NCBI GenBank assembly: GCA_964016885.1 | Contig: OZ024740.1 | Span: forward strand, 220,224,001 to 220,288,000 | Reading direction: 5' to 3' | Source: Eledone cirrhosa | Taxonomy: Eukaryota | DNA length: 64,000 bases | Shown: piece by piece, positions 1 through 13,873 of the stretch | How positions within the stretch are numbered: position 1 is the first letter of the stretch | Layout of the letters: each line of letters opens with the position of its first letter | Translations under genes and position numbers: made by a program | Notes under the pieces: model-generated | Seen by the model: the letters and a program-made list of their open reading frames with translations, nothing else | What the model was told of the DNA's origin: nothing | The model's database searches: none

Positions 1-153
1 GATGATGATGATTTGCCCATATGAGTCTGTGAGTATTGATTTATTATTTTTTTAGATCGTACAGGCAAACTTTATGTTGTTGAATTAAGATATTTTCACT
101 CTAGCGATTTTATTAGTCAATTGTAACTAAAATATGTAAATGTTCATCAAATA

Positions 154-314
154 TTAATTTAATATATATATATATGTGTGTGTGTATGTATGCATATATA
201 TATGTGTGTGTATGTATGTATATATATATGTGTGTGTGTGTGTATATATACATATATTTTTATGTGTATATTTATATATGTGTACATGTGTATATCTATA
301 TATGTGTATATGTT

Positions 315-369
<55 letters not shown>

Positions 370-460
370 GTGTTTATATGTGTGTGTATATGTATATATG
401 TGTATATATATATATGTATATATAAGTATATATGTATAATTGTGTGTGTGTGTGTGTGAG
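154..460. repeat. (TA)/(TG) microsatellite; representative of dozens of such tracts (e.g. 3500-3970, 24000-24240, 30035-30185, 41095-41920)
   Basis: Direct inspection. Confidence 0.97.
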
Positions 461-1140
461 TGTGGGTGAATGTAGCGAAGATAATACGTCAGCAATGACG
501 TGTTCGTCAGAATGTCGTTATGCAGACAGTCAGACATTCAGACAGATATTATATAAAACTATTTTATAAAAAATTATATAAAAATATATAAAAATATTTT
601 TCATTAACCAGTATGCCACAACTACTGCTGTTTCTTTCTTCTATGACTACTACATTGGCCTATGCTCATTTGAATTAACTTTACATTAGCTAGTGGTGAT
701 GTTTATTTATGTCCTGCATAAACAGAAGTCCTACAATACAGCTGTTAAATATGCAATGATTTATAGCCTACTTTTAAAAAAAACATGAGTGTTAACTGAA
801 TGAAAGGGTACCTGGTCATAGTATGTTGCCTGAAAAGGTCTCATTCAACCAATACCACCATGGAAAAATGGTGTAAGAACGATGATGATGATGATGATAA
901 TGAGGAGGAGGATGGGGGGGTGGGCTTATATATGAAATGGTGAATCAACACTGACAGAGTTTGTGTTTCTGTTTGAATTTAGTGAATAGAGAGACAAAAC
1001 TAAACAGTGCTATATATATATATATATATATATGTAATATATATCTTTATTATATAGATGACTTCTACAGGACTAAAACAGTTTCCTTCATATGAACTCA
1101 TCAGAAATGTATGTATGTATGTATGTATATATGTATATGT

Positions 1141-1715
1141 CAGGTCACCAGTTGGTGCTACTGGTAACATGTATCCCAGTACAACCTGTCTCATGGTCGG
1201 GTCGTTGGCAACTAAACTGGCAACCCCACCAAGGTTTCTTGGTGAGGAGGGTGACTTTGGACATCCTGCAGGACTAAAAACAAAACCTGTCAAAGGGCAA
1301 AGGAGCTCTTAAGAGTCAATGGCCATCCAAAATCACTGGGAGAGATGACCCCTTAGCCTTTGTCAAGGCAGAATTCTAGGAGAAGGAAAACTCTGCAACC
1401 CTGATGGTATCCAATGATGTTGACTTGTTCTTCTTTTTGGTAAATATCACCTTGGTTAAGAGAGTGGGACTGGCTTCGTGCAGTGCCTTTGCTCACTCAT
1501 TGCTTTATATCTGGAGATCTCTCTGCACTTGTCGTCACACGGTACCATGGGCCCAGCACTATGTATCAATAATTGTTAAGTGTAGTGTTTGTACCAGAGT
1601 TTTCAAGTCGCTGGCTGGATTAAAAAGTCACACTCGTTCAGCGCATCAGTAGGGGTTCTCCTACATGGATATAAAGTAGTGGCCGTACTCGAAAACGAGT
1701 TGGCAGCCACCACCA
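1141..1715 (+). mobile_element. ~580-bp bipartite non-autonomous RTE derivative (5' UTR fused to C-terminal C2H2 finger and 3' end)
   Basis: RTE 5'-UTR motif ctaggagaaggaaaactctg; ends in KCSVCTRVFKSLAGLKSHTRSAH and a (TATG)n tail. Copies at 16946-17352 and 37897-38503. Confidence 0.7.
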
Positions 1716-1759
1716 TGTATATATGTATGTATGTGAGTATGTATGTGTGTGCATGTACA

Positions 1760-1811
1760 GACATTCCTGATGATTTCATACAAATGAAACAGTTCTAGTC
1801 CTGTAGAAGTC
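1760..1811 (+). ncRNA. Hammerhead ribozyme, family B (stem II slightly degenerate)
   Basis: gacattc-CTGATGA-tttcatacaaat-GAA-acag-ttctagtc-ctgt-A-gaagtc; tail continues to ~1903. An inverted partial partner lies at ~1045-1110. Confidence 0.65.
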
Positions 1812-2486
1812 ATTTCTATATATAATAAAGAGGTCTATACTCTACCAATGTACTGAGTACCTTTTAATTGTGGATACCTCCTGACACAACTTGGGAATCT
1901 ACATATGGCTTAGTGGTTAGAGGAAGGTTATTTGAATCCCGGACTGAGCAGTGCATTGTGTTCTTGAGCGAAACACTTTATTTCACATTGCTCCAGTTCA
2001 TGTAGAAATGAGTTGCAATGTCACTGGTGCCATGCTGCAACAACCATTGCCTTTCCTTTAGACAACACTGGTGGTGTGGAGGGGGAAACTGGTATGTATG
2101 GGTGACTGCTGGTCTTCCACAAACAACTTTGCCAGGACTTGTGCCTTGGAGGAGAACTTTATAGGTGTAAACCATGGCCATTCATGACTGAAGGAGGCCT
2201 AATATATATATATACTACCAAATCAACTTTTCAAATAGAAGTCGAAGTTGAAAGGTATGTCGAATCTATCTATTTATAAGACTGTTTATATTGTATTTTG
2301 TCTGAAGAAGGCATAACATATTTTTAATATGATATCCCTGAAATATATATAATGAAATAAATATGGTTTTATAAATATAGTTTCCATTTATTTAATATCG
2401 TAAATATACTCCAAATACTTGTTGAGTGCTTTTATATCAGTTATAAATATTTACTCGTTGTTAACCCAACAATTTAAATAAAACTT

Positions 2487-2518
<32 letters not shown>

Positions 2519-2521
<3 letters not shown>

Positions 2522-3255
2522 TCTGCCCCAAATGCAAACTATGGGTACACAAGAGATGTAGAGGGAGCGCAAGAAGTTTAGCTAAGAATGTAAGCTTTAC
2601 ATGTAGCAGTTGCACCAGAACAGTAAGCAGCAAATGACCACAGGAAACAAGCACTACCAAACTCTGGGAGGGCTCGGTAGAAACAGAAGACAGCTTCTGC
2701 TACCTGGGTGACCGAATTAGCAGCAGAGGTGGGTGTTCTGAAAGTACAGTAGCCAGAGTAAGAATGGATGGGAGAAGTTCAGGGAGCTACTACCACTGCT
2801 AGTCGTAAAAGGCTTTTCCCTCAAAATGAAAAACAAACTGTATGATGCATGCATACGAACAGCAATGTTGCATGGAAGTGAGATATGGGCATTGTGTGCA
2901 GAAGACTTGCATAGATTAGAAAGAAATGAAGCTTGCATGCTCCAATGTTATAGTAATATACGTGAGCTGCAAAACATAAGCAAACTGAGAGAGAAACAAG
3001 GCATAAGAGGAATCAAATGCTGTGTTTATAGTATTTTTACTTGCGAATGGATTGTTGAAAAATTGTAATATTAGTCTAAAGACTTTAATATTTATTGTGA
3101 TACAAATAGTTGGTGTTAGGAAGAGCATCCAACTGTAGAAATCAAGCCGAAATCAGTTCTGTACGAGCAAGACATGATCACCTGACCTGACATTGCCCAC
3201 AACAGGACAACTCGTCTAAATGGATGTAGAACAATGATGATGGTGATGATGATGA
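2519..3255 (+). pseudogene. Decayed 3' fragment of the RTE family (PHD finger to tail)
   Basis: LCPKCKLWVHKRC...LYDACIRTAMLHGSEIW, homologous to ~54630-55140; shared tail at 3110-3255. Confidence 0.85.
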
Positions 3256-3513
3256 TATATATATATATATATACATATATATTCTAGCACCATCTCCATT
3301 ATGTTACATATTGCAATAATAATAATAGTTAGATTATCGAGAGAAACAAATTTTCAAAATGATATCAACTAAAACATCTGTTAAAAATCTAACAGCTTCT
3401 GGGATCCATCTTATTCTTTGTAATGTTACATAAAAGCATTGCTTGTTAGAGAGATAACAAGTTAAATGTTTATTACTGGTAACCAGCAGTCAGTAATATC
3501 ATAAGTATATAAT

Positions 3514-3548
<35 letters not shown>

Positions 3549-3602
3549 TTGTATGCATGTATATATATGTGTATTCATATATATGTATGTATATATGCAT
3601 TT

Positions 3603-3669
<67 letters not shown>

Positions 3670-3893
3670 TGCATGTATATATATGTGTATTCATGAAATG
3701 AAATGTATATATGCATATATACATATATATATATACATATATATATATGTATGTATATATGCATATATACATATATATATATATATGCATATATATATAT
3801 GCATATATACATATATATATATATATATATACACACACTCATAAATATAAATACACACACATATATATATATATTATATATACATAAACTTAA

Positions 3894-3966
<73 letters not shown>

Positions 3967-4824
3967 TATCCTTGCTAACTGCATGTTTGAAATAACTGGC
4001 ACATTTCTACTGTTTTGCTAGTTGAAGCAAAAGAAAACACATAACAGGTTTATTTGTGGTGAGTATCTTGTTTTGATATGCAGGGCCCACAGTACCAAGG
4101 AGGGCCTTTGAGTATCTAACACCTCCCACAAAAGAAACCCCTCAGCCTTCTTGAATTTTATAACAGAACTGCCATATGGTGAAAAGAGAGGGAGAAGACT
4201 TCTGAAAACAGCCTTGTTTTACTTTGCAAACATTTCTCTTTGAAGCTCTATATGTGTGTACTGATACATCTAGTCTTCTGAGCTGTAGACACACCATAGC
4301 TAATTGGTTAAGAAGTTTGCCTCACAATCATTAGGTCCTGAGTTCAACCCCATTGTATGGCATATTAGACAAGTGTCATTTACCATATCCTTGGGTCAAT
4401 GCCTTCCATGTCTGTAAATTTGGGTAGATGGGAACAGTTTGGAAACCCGTTGGATTAACTGTACATGTAATTCAAAGGGTCAGCCTTGTCATACACTGTG
4501 TTGTGCTGAATCTCCCTGAGAAATACTCAGCTACTGTCACATTAATTTCATGAGCATACTGTTCCATTGTTTGAAAAACTGGAACGCTTTTCATCAGAAC
4601 CAACAAAGGGCCATAATATATATACTCAAATATAAGCCGATACAAATATAAGCTGGGCTCACTATTTTATGTCTGAGAAATGGGCAAAAATACAAACCTT
4701 GTTAATGTAGAATTTGAAGTTGATGAAAATTGTTAAAATATTGACGACCCCCACCCCCTTATAAATGTAAACCAGCCATGAGAGTATCTTGTTCAGCGCA
4801 TGAACTTTTCAGCCAGCACTCATA

Positions 4825-5160
4825 TCATCATCATCATCATTTTATGTCTGCTTTTTCTCTGCTTGCAAGGGTGGGACGGGAACTGATTCTGGCTTGATTT
4901 CTACAGCTGGATGCCCTTCCTAACACCAACCTCATTTACAGTGAGTGGTGGGTGCTTTTTTGCCATGGCACCTCCACGACCACTTTGCAGTGGAATGATA
5001 GGGACTGGGGTCCCTATCATCTCATTTTTACAGCTGAGTAAACTGGGGCAATGTGAAATAAAGTGTCTTGCTCAAGGAAACAACACATCACCCGGTCTGA
5101 GAATTGAACTCACAACTTTTCGATTGCAAGGCCAATGCTCTAACCACTAAGCCATGTGCC

Positions 5161-5163
<3 letters not shown>
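4825..5163 (-). mobile_element. tRNA-derived SINE with RTE-type tail
   Basis: A box tggcttagtgg, B box gagttcaattc, core ttgagcaagacacttt, tail aggaagggcatccagctgtagaaa...(GAT)n. Copies at 9780-10123 and 8390-8686; tail-only copies at 13575-13825 and 38540-38690. Confidence 0.85.
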
Positions 5164-5224
<61 letters not shown>

Positions 5225-5664
5225 ATGTATATATATATATATTAGGTAATAATTGTTTCTACTTTTGGCACAAGGCCAGCAATTACCCAGTGCATTACTG
5301 GTACTTTATTTTATCGACCCCGTAAGGATGAAAGGCAAAGTTAACCTCGGTGGGATTTGAACTCAGAATGGCAAGGGCCGTAACTCTATGCATCAAATTA
5401 GCTAATACGCCATATTTGACTAAATAGAATTAGTCTGTTAGTTGGGATTTTAAAAAACCCTCTGAATGGAAAACAGGGTGAGTATTGGCGTACATGGGAC
5501 ATCAACCAACATCTTTGGTTTGCCAGACCAATGTGTTACCATTACACCAACATGCCACCCATGCTTCCTTCCATTCAATTTGAGAAGCTATATAACCATA
5601 GCAGGTATATATATGTATATAAATAGGGAGACACAAAGCCTATGAAATTTTCAACCGACCCGCT

Positions 5665-5695
<31 letters not shown>

Positions 5696-5741
5696 AAATA
5701 AAATAAATAAGTCAAATGTTTAAAATTTGGCTTCGTTTATT

Positions 5742-5796
5742 ACTGCTATATATATTTCGGTGACAGCCATCTTTGGCTGTGACCTCTTCAGGCAGT
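5742..5796 (-). ncRNA. Mirror-image copy of the 6014-6068 hammerhead in the inverted arm
   Basis: Reverse complement within the 206-bp palindrome arm. Confidence 0.8.
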
Positions 5797-6013
5797 CCGA
5801 ATTAGTGTGGTAGAGACAAGTACACATGTTGTTGAGGTGTATAACTTTGTCAATACTCTGATATGCCCAGTTCCTGGTTGGGTTGTTATTTCACTGAGGA
5901 ACTGGAATCATATATGTGAAATAACAACCCAACCAGGAACTGGGCATATCAGAGTATTGACAAAGTTATACACCTCAACAACATGTGTACTTGTCTCTAC
6001 CACACTAATTCGG

Positions 6014-6068
6014 ACTGCCTGAAGAGGTCACAGCCAAAGATGGCTGTCACCGAAATATATATAGCAGT
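6014..6068 (+). ncRNA. Type I minimal hammerhead ribozyme (Penelope-like pLTR type)
   Basis: actgc-CTGAAGA-ggtcacagcc-aaagat-ggctgtcacc-GAAA-tatata-TA-gcagt. Stem I is actgc/gcagt, stem II pairs 9/10, stem III is a palindromic mini-stem; AATAAA follows immediately. Confidence 0.85.
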
Positions 6069-6215
6069 AATAAACGAAGCCAAATTTTAAACATTTGACT
6101 TATTTATTTTATTTTATTTTACATTACTGCGGAGTAACCAAACCAACCTGCGCACTTCGTCGAGTGCTCCAATCTGCATACTGAGGTGTTGGTATACAAC
6201 CAACATATACTCAAC

Positions 6216-6268
<53 letters not shown>

Positions 6269-9200
6269 TTCATATATTCAATATATTCATATATATACAC
6301 ACACACATATATAGTCAATATATTCATATGCATATGTAAATGTATTTATATATAGATATTCATGTATGTTCATCATCATCAGCATCTTCTTTATTCTTAT
6401 CATTATATTATAACAATAGAGCTGCCTTTTTTTTAATTTATTTTTTTTTTTAGGTATACATTGTAAAATGTAAAATCCTCTTTGATAGTTTGTACTACCT
6501 GTAAAACTACTTTATGTTAGTCAAAACTGCATTGTAGTTTGCTTTTTTTTGATGTTGCTGCAACTATGTAAACTTCATATGTACATATTTCAATCATAAA
6601 TTGAATAAAAAGGAACATTGATTCAAAATGGTCTTAAATGTAATGAACTCAGTAAAGAATATTACTGTATCATCATCATCATCACCATTCAATGTCCATT
6701 TTTCCACGCTAGCATGGGTTAGACATGTTGTCCCATTGTGATCTGAAACAAATCAGATCAAGTAACCATGTCTTGTTCATAGGCTGACTATGAAGGAGTG
6801 ACGCTAGAGCTGTGAAATTTTGCGTGCATTAATTTCAACTCTTCTTAATAAATTCATTGTTTCTTTTCAGGAACTATGTTGAAAAATAAACCTCATTTGG
6901 TCATTCCATGAGAGTATCTTGGTCAGCCTATGAACTTTTCAGCTGACCCTCATAGAATCTTAAGAGAAACCATTCAGACATCAGCAGTAAAATTGGAAGA
7001 AGGAAATATTTCTTCAGAGATATATATATCTTAATGTTCTTTTCAAAACATTTCTTTAATAAGAGGTTAAGAAGTTACCGAAGTATATCGAGATTTCTAA
7101 CCAAAGGCAAAACATATGTTGATGTTGTTGTTCTTTTTGTTCCTGTTGTTGTTTAGCCCTGAGTCAGCCATAAGGAAGCTAAGTAAATCTATGATCAATA
7201 AAGCATTCCATCCTCATCTTGTATATTTTTAGGAGTAAGTAGGACTACTTTACCTAATCTGTACTTTCCTTATTTAAGCCTTTTGTTACCATATTTCTAA
7301 TGAAAGACACTGTCTTTGTGTTTCAATTATTTATGAAAATAATCAAGGGTTTACTAATAAAACTAACTTTTTCAATATTAAGGTGTTGTTTTTTTTTAAG
7401 ATTCTTGCATAAAATTATGATGGACTGTTTTTAAGTAAATATAAACACTTTAATATAAATAGCTTTGTATCATAAAACCAGCACTGGTTTCAAGTGGTTT
7501 GGTATCAATGTGGTTAAGATGTTAGGATATAGTTTGAGGAAGATTTGACAGCTATTTCTAGCAGGTTGAGTGGTTAGACCACATAAAGTCTTCCTTGTTA
7601 GTTCAGTAAAAGATATGGAGGAGAATGCATGTGGAAACTATCCCCATAATAAAAGAAACATTATGTGATAATGATGAGGAGGAGGATATTAAAAACAATA
7701 AAGAACACAGGAACAACATAAATAATCTTCTATAAATCATACACTTAGAAACTTTACTAAAACCACTTCACAATTTTTGGTACAATATACTTCCTATATA
7801 TATCTGATCTTCACTGATCTTCACTCAATTGCTAAACTGTGGGATATATATCGTTTATGAGGGACATAAATAAATGACACCACTTGTTTTACTGTAAATA
7901 CATACACATAGAAACACACATACACTTGCACTAGCACACACATACAAACCAGCACACACAGTCAAACAAAAACACACACAGAAAAACTCCCTTAACCTTA
8001 ACATCACTACCTAGCCATTGAGTGCTTTTAGGGAAGTACACTCTGTTATGAGAATTCAAGCCAGGTCTCCAGTTTAAGGATATCTTCCTCCTATTCAACC
8101 ACCTTGGAGGCCCAGAAAATGGCCATACACCTTTGGAAAGGCTTAGCAAACTGGCTAAATTTGGCAAACTGGCTAAACTTGGCCAAAACTGCTTGGCATC
8201 ACGGTTGGGTTTTTACCATCCCTTATACACACTCTCCTTCTTCTCATGCATAGAGTGCTCCCCTGATTTGTGGTCTCGCTTGTCCCTGCACTACAAACTG
8301 CCCCCCCCCCCCTCCTCTATATATATGTGTGTGTGTGTATTTTCCTCCCTTTTTTCTTTAGAACTGTTCTTGTCTGATGACCCTGTGATACATCACTGTT
8401 TTACGTCTGTTCTTCCACGCTAGCATGGGTTAGACGGGTTGTCCTGTTGTGGGCAGTGTCCAGTCGGCTGACCTTGTCTTGCTCATACGGCAACTGATTT
8501 TGGCTTGATTTCTAGAGCTGGATGCCCTTCCTAATACCAACCTCATTTACAGTGAGTGCTGGGTGCTTTTTTGCCATGGCACCTCCACGACCACTTTACA
8601 CTGGAATGATAGGGACCCCAGTCCTATCATCTCATTTCTACAGCTGAGTAAACTGGAGCAATGTGAAATAAAGTATCTTGCTCAAGAAAGGCAAAATTCC
8701 AGAATAACAAGACTCACTTTTTAGCCTTAATAAAATGAATATTTAAACTCTACTATTGAAAAGAGAACTCTAGTATTGAGTTCTCTTTTCACTCAGGCAT
8801 CAACCACATATATATATATATATATATATATCAACAGTTGATTGACTTTCGTCAAATTGGACCAAGGAAACAATGTTTCCGTTGGTCTTTCCAATTGCTA
8901 ATACTATCTATCGGTCGCAACTCCAGGTAGAAGGCACAACATGAAATAAAGTGTCTTGCTCAAGGACATAACACATCGCCCAGTCCAGGAATCAAACTCA
9001 CAATCTCACGATTGTGAATCCAATTCTCTAACCACTCAGCCACACATGTATTTATAGACACACACACACAAATGTATATATATATATACATACATAAATG
9101 AAGGTGTGAATTAGACCAATTAAGAAACAATTTCTGAAACAAGATTCATTGTCAATGATACCCAAACATTCAAAATAGTTTTACTGTTATTTTACACATA

Positions 9201-9779
9201 ATAAAACAGTTGACACCCAATTCCCAGGGGTACTTACATAATGTCACATCCGTGACACATCAGGAATTCATAACTCACAAGATACATAACTGGGTGGTAC
9301 GCTATGGTCCTGTAACTCCTGGGGCACTTTATTGACATACTCATATGGTGTTTCTTGAACATTTTAAACCTGGTGGAGCCTATCCCTCTGCAGGCTTGAG
9401 TACAACAGATTACTTCCAGAGGAGGATAGAAAGTGAAAGAGAGGATGTGAGATAGATATATAGAGAAAGAATTGACCCCAATACTAGACTGGTACATTTT
9501 TATCAACCTTGAATGGATGAAAGACATGGTTGACTTCAGTAGAATTTGAACTCAGAAAGCAGAGAGCTGGCACAAATACACAAAGCATTCTATCCAACAT
9601 TCTAACAACTCTGCCAATTCGCAGCCCAAGATATATGACTAACAGTTTATAAAGTCAGCAACTATAACATTACAATGAAGTCCCCTTACTTTAGAGTAAA
9701 GCTTTTAGTTATGGGGTAAATGAAATAGGATTTCATGGTTTTATGCTTTATTGACAACCATTAGGTAAAGAAGAGAAGT

Positions 9780-10123
9780 CATCATCATCATCATCATCAT
9801 CATTTTACGTTCGCTTTTCCCTGCTTGCAAGTGTGGGATGGGAACTGATTCTGGCTTGATTTCTACAGCTGGATGTCCTTCCTAACACCAACCTCATTTA
9901 CAGTGAGTGCTGGGTGCTTTTTTGCCGTGGCACCTCCACGACCACTTTGCAGTGGAATGATATGGACCCCAGTCTCTATCATCTCATTTCTACAGCTGAG
10001 TAAACTGGAGCAATGTGAAATAAAGTGTCTTGCTCAAGGAAACAACACATCACCCGGTCTGAGAATTGAACTCACAACCTTTCGATTGCAAGGCCAATGC
10101 TCTAACCACTAAGCCATGTGCCT
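9780..10123 (-). mobile_element. tRNA-derived SINE with RTE-type tail
   Basis: Near-identical to 4825-5163. Confidence 0.85.
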
Positions 10124-11642
10124 CATGCTTATTGAAAATTTAAACTGGATGGTGAACTTGATTTGCCAAGAACTTATTGCCATGTCAGGCATCCTGGTGC
10201 CTAAGACGTTTGGTCCTCGAGGACACACCCTAATTTTGACAACCAAAAATTTCAAAAGTAATAATAAACAACCTTCGACCTCCAGGACGCAAGGTAGATT
10301 TTTGAGACTTATTTTAGGAAAAACGTAGCGTCTTCAATGCTGGGAAATACGGTAAGTAACCTTATTAACAACATACACTCTTTACAATATCCACAGACCC
10401 TCCCTCTCTACTTTGCCTTTTATCCTTTGCGGGTAGATAAAATTAAGTACCAGTCCATGGAGGTGAATTGGTAGAATAGTTAGAGAGCCAAATGAGATGT
10501 CTTCTGATATTTATTCTAAATAATTCCTTGTGTTCTCAATTTAAAAATTACTAGAGTGGCAAATTCAATCTGTTGCATAGTTTAACCCTACCACTATCTG
10601 ACCCTTTAGCAGAGTATACTTTGTTATAAGCATGAGGACCAGGTCTTTGGTTTAAAGATATCTTCTTCCCAACTGTCTAAGGGGCCCTGAAAAGGGTTAC
10701 AAACACTGCTCGTTTGCCCCTGACTAAACAGTAAAAATATAAATAAATAAACATTATTGCAAAAGTTGACTAATTTATTCCACTATAGCTTTAGTTAAGC
10801 TATACTTAAAATAACAACAAACAGTGTTTTGTTGAACTGTTGTTTATTGTGTGACAAACATTTAAATAGTGTAAGGAGGAACGATCTGTTCCTGAAGTCC
10901 AGGTCTTGTTAGCTGCCTAACTGGAAGTCCCTTCACTGCCGACCAGTTCAATGATCAGTCTGCAGTAAAAGCCCTTCCATCAACAGTTCACTTTTGGAAG
11001 CTTGTGGCAATGCTCCACACCACTTTTAAACTGCTTACTATATTCAAAAGTTTAATTATCTAAATATTTGGTTGTTTTTTTCACATTAAAAATATTTTCT
11101 AATTAAACAATGTATGAAGTCGAATTCTCGTTTACATACAGATGTCTGTCTGCTGACATCTGAAAGCTGTTGTCCAGTTATCTAGTTAAGAAGATGGTGG
11201 AAGTGTTGTTATGGCTCCTTAGCTTAATGGTTAAAGTGTCCAGCCAGTATCTGGGAGATGGGGTTCAATTCCTCATAATGAACAATGGCAACTTTTTCCG
11301 TCTTTTAAGGGTCTTCATCCCATTTTATAACCTATTTTGATAGCATTTCTGTGCTTAAACCACCATACTTTCTAATTAATTACAATTACTCTGAGATTAA
11401 TTTTTAATCTACAAAAACAAAATGTCAGAGTAGTACTTTTTTGTCAAGTAACTTGATACAAGATGGCATGTTAAAACTAAAGACACATTTTAGCTATTTA
11501 AAATCACACAAAAACTGTTGTGGGTTTGAGTCACAAAGAGTGTGATGAATATTTTGATACTCTGAATTCTTTTGAGAAATGTAAAGTGAGTTTAACAGTT
11601 TTGGGAGACAACATCAGCTTAAGAGGATCTCTAACAACCTGT

Positions 11643-12745
11643 CTAGTGTTGGTGCCACAATAAAATACACCCATTACATTCTGTGAAATGGTAGTGCTGG
11701 TACCACAATAAAATACACCCATTACATTCTGTGAAATGGTAGTGCTGGTGCCACAATAAAATACACCCATTACATTCTGTGAAATGGTAGTGCTGGTACC
11801 ACAATAAAATACACCCATTACATTCTGTGAAATGGTAGTGTTGGTACCACAATAAAATACACCCATTACATTCTGTGAAATGGTAGTGTTGGTACCACAA
11901 TAAAATACACCCATTACATTCTGTGAAATGGTAGTGCTGGTACCACAATAAAATACACCCATTACATTCTGTGAAATGGTAGTGTTGGTACCACAATAAA
12001 ATACACCCATTACATTCTGTGAAATGGTAGTGTTGGTACCACAATAAAATACACCCATTACATTCTGTGAAATGGTAGTGCTGGTACCACAATAAAATAC
12101 ACCCATTACATTCTGTGAAATGGTAGTGTTGGTACCACAATAAAATACACCCATTACATTCTGTGAAATGGTAGTGCTGGTACCACAATAAAATACACCC
12201 ATTATATTCTGTGAAATGGTAGTGCTGGTGCCACAATAAAATACACCCATTACATTCTGTGAAATGGTAGTGCTGGTACCACAATAAAATACACCCATTA
12301 CATTCTGTGAAATGGTAGTGCTGGTACCACAATAAAATACACCCATTATATTCTGTGAAATGGTAGTGCTGGTGCCACAATAAAATACACCCATTACATT
12401 CTGTGAAATGGTAGTGCTGGTACCACAATAAAATACACCCATTACATTCTGTGAAATGGTAGTGCTGGTACCACAATAAAATACACCCATTACATTCTGT
12501 GAAATGGTAGTGTTGGTACCACAATAAAATACACCCATTACATTCTGTGAAATGGTAGTGCTGGTACCACAATAAAATACACCCATTACATTCTGTGAAG
12601 TAGTAGTGCTGGTGTTGTGATGAAATACACCCAGTACATATTATAAAGTGGTAGTGCTGGTTCCACAATAAAATACACCCAGTAGATATTATAAAGTGGT
12701 AGTGCTGGTTCTACACTAAAATACATCCAGCACATTCTATAAAGT
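11643..12745. repeat. 48-bp minisatellite, ~20 near-perfect units plus ~3 degenerate
   Basis: Unit gtg(c/t)tggt(a/g)ccacaataaaatacacccattacattctgtgaaatggta. Confidence 0.97.
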
Positions 12746-13873
12746 GATAGTGCAAATGCCTTGATCAAATGCATCAAATATACTAGTAAAGGCATATAGC
12801 CGAGTGTTTATGATGTTGGATTTAGAATTGTAATGTCAGTGCAATACTAGTATGTGGTGTTCTTGAGCAAAAGACTTAATTTCCTGATGATCCAGTCAAC
12901 TCAGCTGAAAATTAGTACCATCAGCTGCTTAAGGTTGACCTTGCAATGGACTAGTGTCCTGTCCAGGGGGGAATGTTGTACTTTCAGTTGCTTAAATGCC
13001 AATGAAACTTGGATAGGTTCCAGCCTGACATGCTTCTGGGTTTGGAGACTGACTTTAACATTAATTCTAACACTATGTGAAGTGTTTGTTAAGATGGCAA
13101 ATTGACAAAGTCATTAGAACGTCGGATAGCATGCTTTGTAGTATTTATTTCAGCTCTCTACCTTCTGAGTTCAAATCCCACAAAGGTCAACTTTGCCTTT
13201 TATCTATTTCAGGTCTATAAAAGAGTACCAGTTTAGTACTGGAGTCGATTGTTCCTCTATATATTTTTCTCACTTCATTCACTCTATCTATCTTTCTCTG
13301 GAAGAAATCTGCTGTATTCAAATCTGGAGAGGAGATGGTCTCCACAAGGTTTTAAATACAACGCCCCGCAACTCTCTCAGGAGTTATGAGACCATGAATG
13401 AAAAGTGGTTGTTGTTAGATAAGGCATCCAGCTATAGAAACTATATAAAAAATGAAATGTATGAGCAATGACTGACCTATCCAACCCATGCCAACATGGA
13501 AAACAGACATATAAACATAAATGATTACAATGATGATAATATTGATGATGATGTAGTGGATGTCGATATATGTTTGCCACGGCAAAAAAGCACCCAGCCC
13601 ACACTGTAAAGTGGACGTGTAAGTGCCACGAAAAAGCACCCAGCACTCACTGTAAATGAGGTTGGTGTTAGGAAGGGCATCCAGCTGTAGAAATCAAGCC
13701 AAATCAGTTCCTGTATGAGCAAGGCATGGTCAGCCGACCAGACACTGCCCACAACAGGACAACCCGTCTAACCCATGCTAGCGTGGAAGAACGGACGTAA
13801 AACGGTGATGATGATGATGATGATGAATGGATAAAATGATGACTCTTCCCCAATGTAATTGCAAAAACAAAAT

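Larger units (their letters stand above)
5689..6218 (+). mobile_element. Fold-back Penelope-like/retrozyme element in (TA)n: 206-bp inverted arms plus unique 3' tail
   Basis: Arms 5689-5894 and 5916-6121, 21-nt spacer, tail 6122-6218, (TA)n on both sides. Confidence 0.75.

Noticed and set aside
154-537. YIYI/CVCV/HTHT ORFs here and throughout the window
   Set aside because: Translations of (TA)n/(TG)n microsatellites.
5689-6121. Interpretation of the palindromes as MITEs or miRNA genes
   Set aside because: The arms are asymmetric with a unique tail on one side, breakpoints vary within families, and hammerhead cores are present. This fits inverted retro-insertions better.
11212-11300. tRNA-like sequence (also ~5470-5560 minus)
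   Set aside because: A/B-box remnants without a complete cloverleaf; these are decayed SINE heads.
11531-12668. 351-aa and 341-aa repetitive Cys-rich ORFs; CRISPR-like periodicity
   Set aside because: Products of a 48-bp (multiple of 3) tandem repeat related to a SINE module. There are no unique spacers and no cas genes, and the context is eukaryotic.
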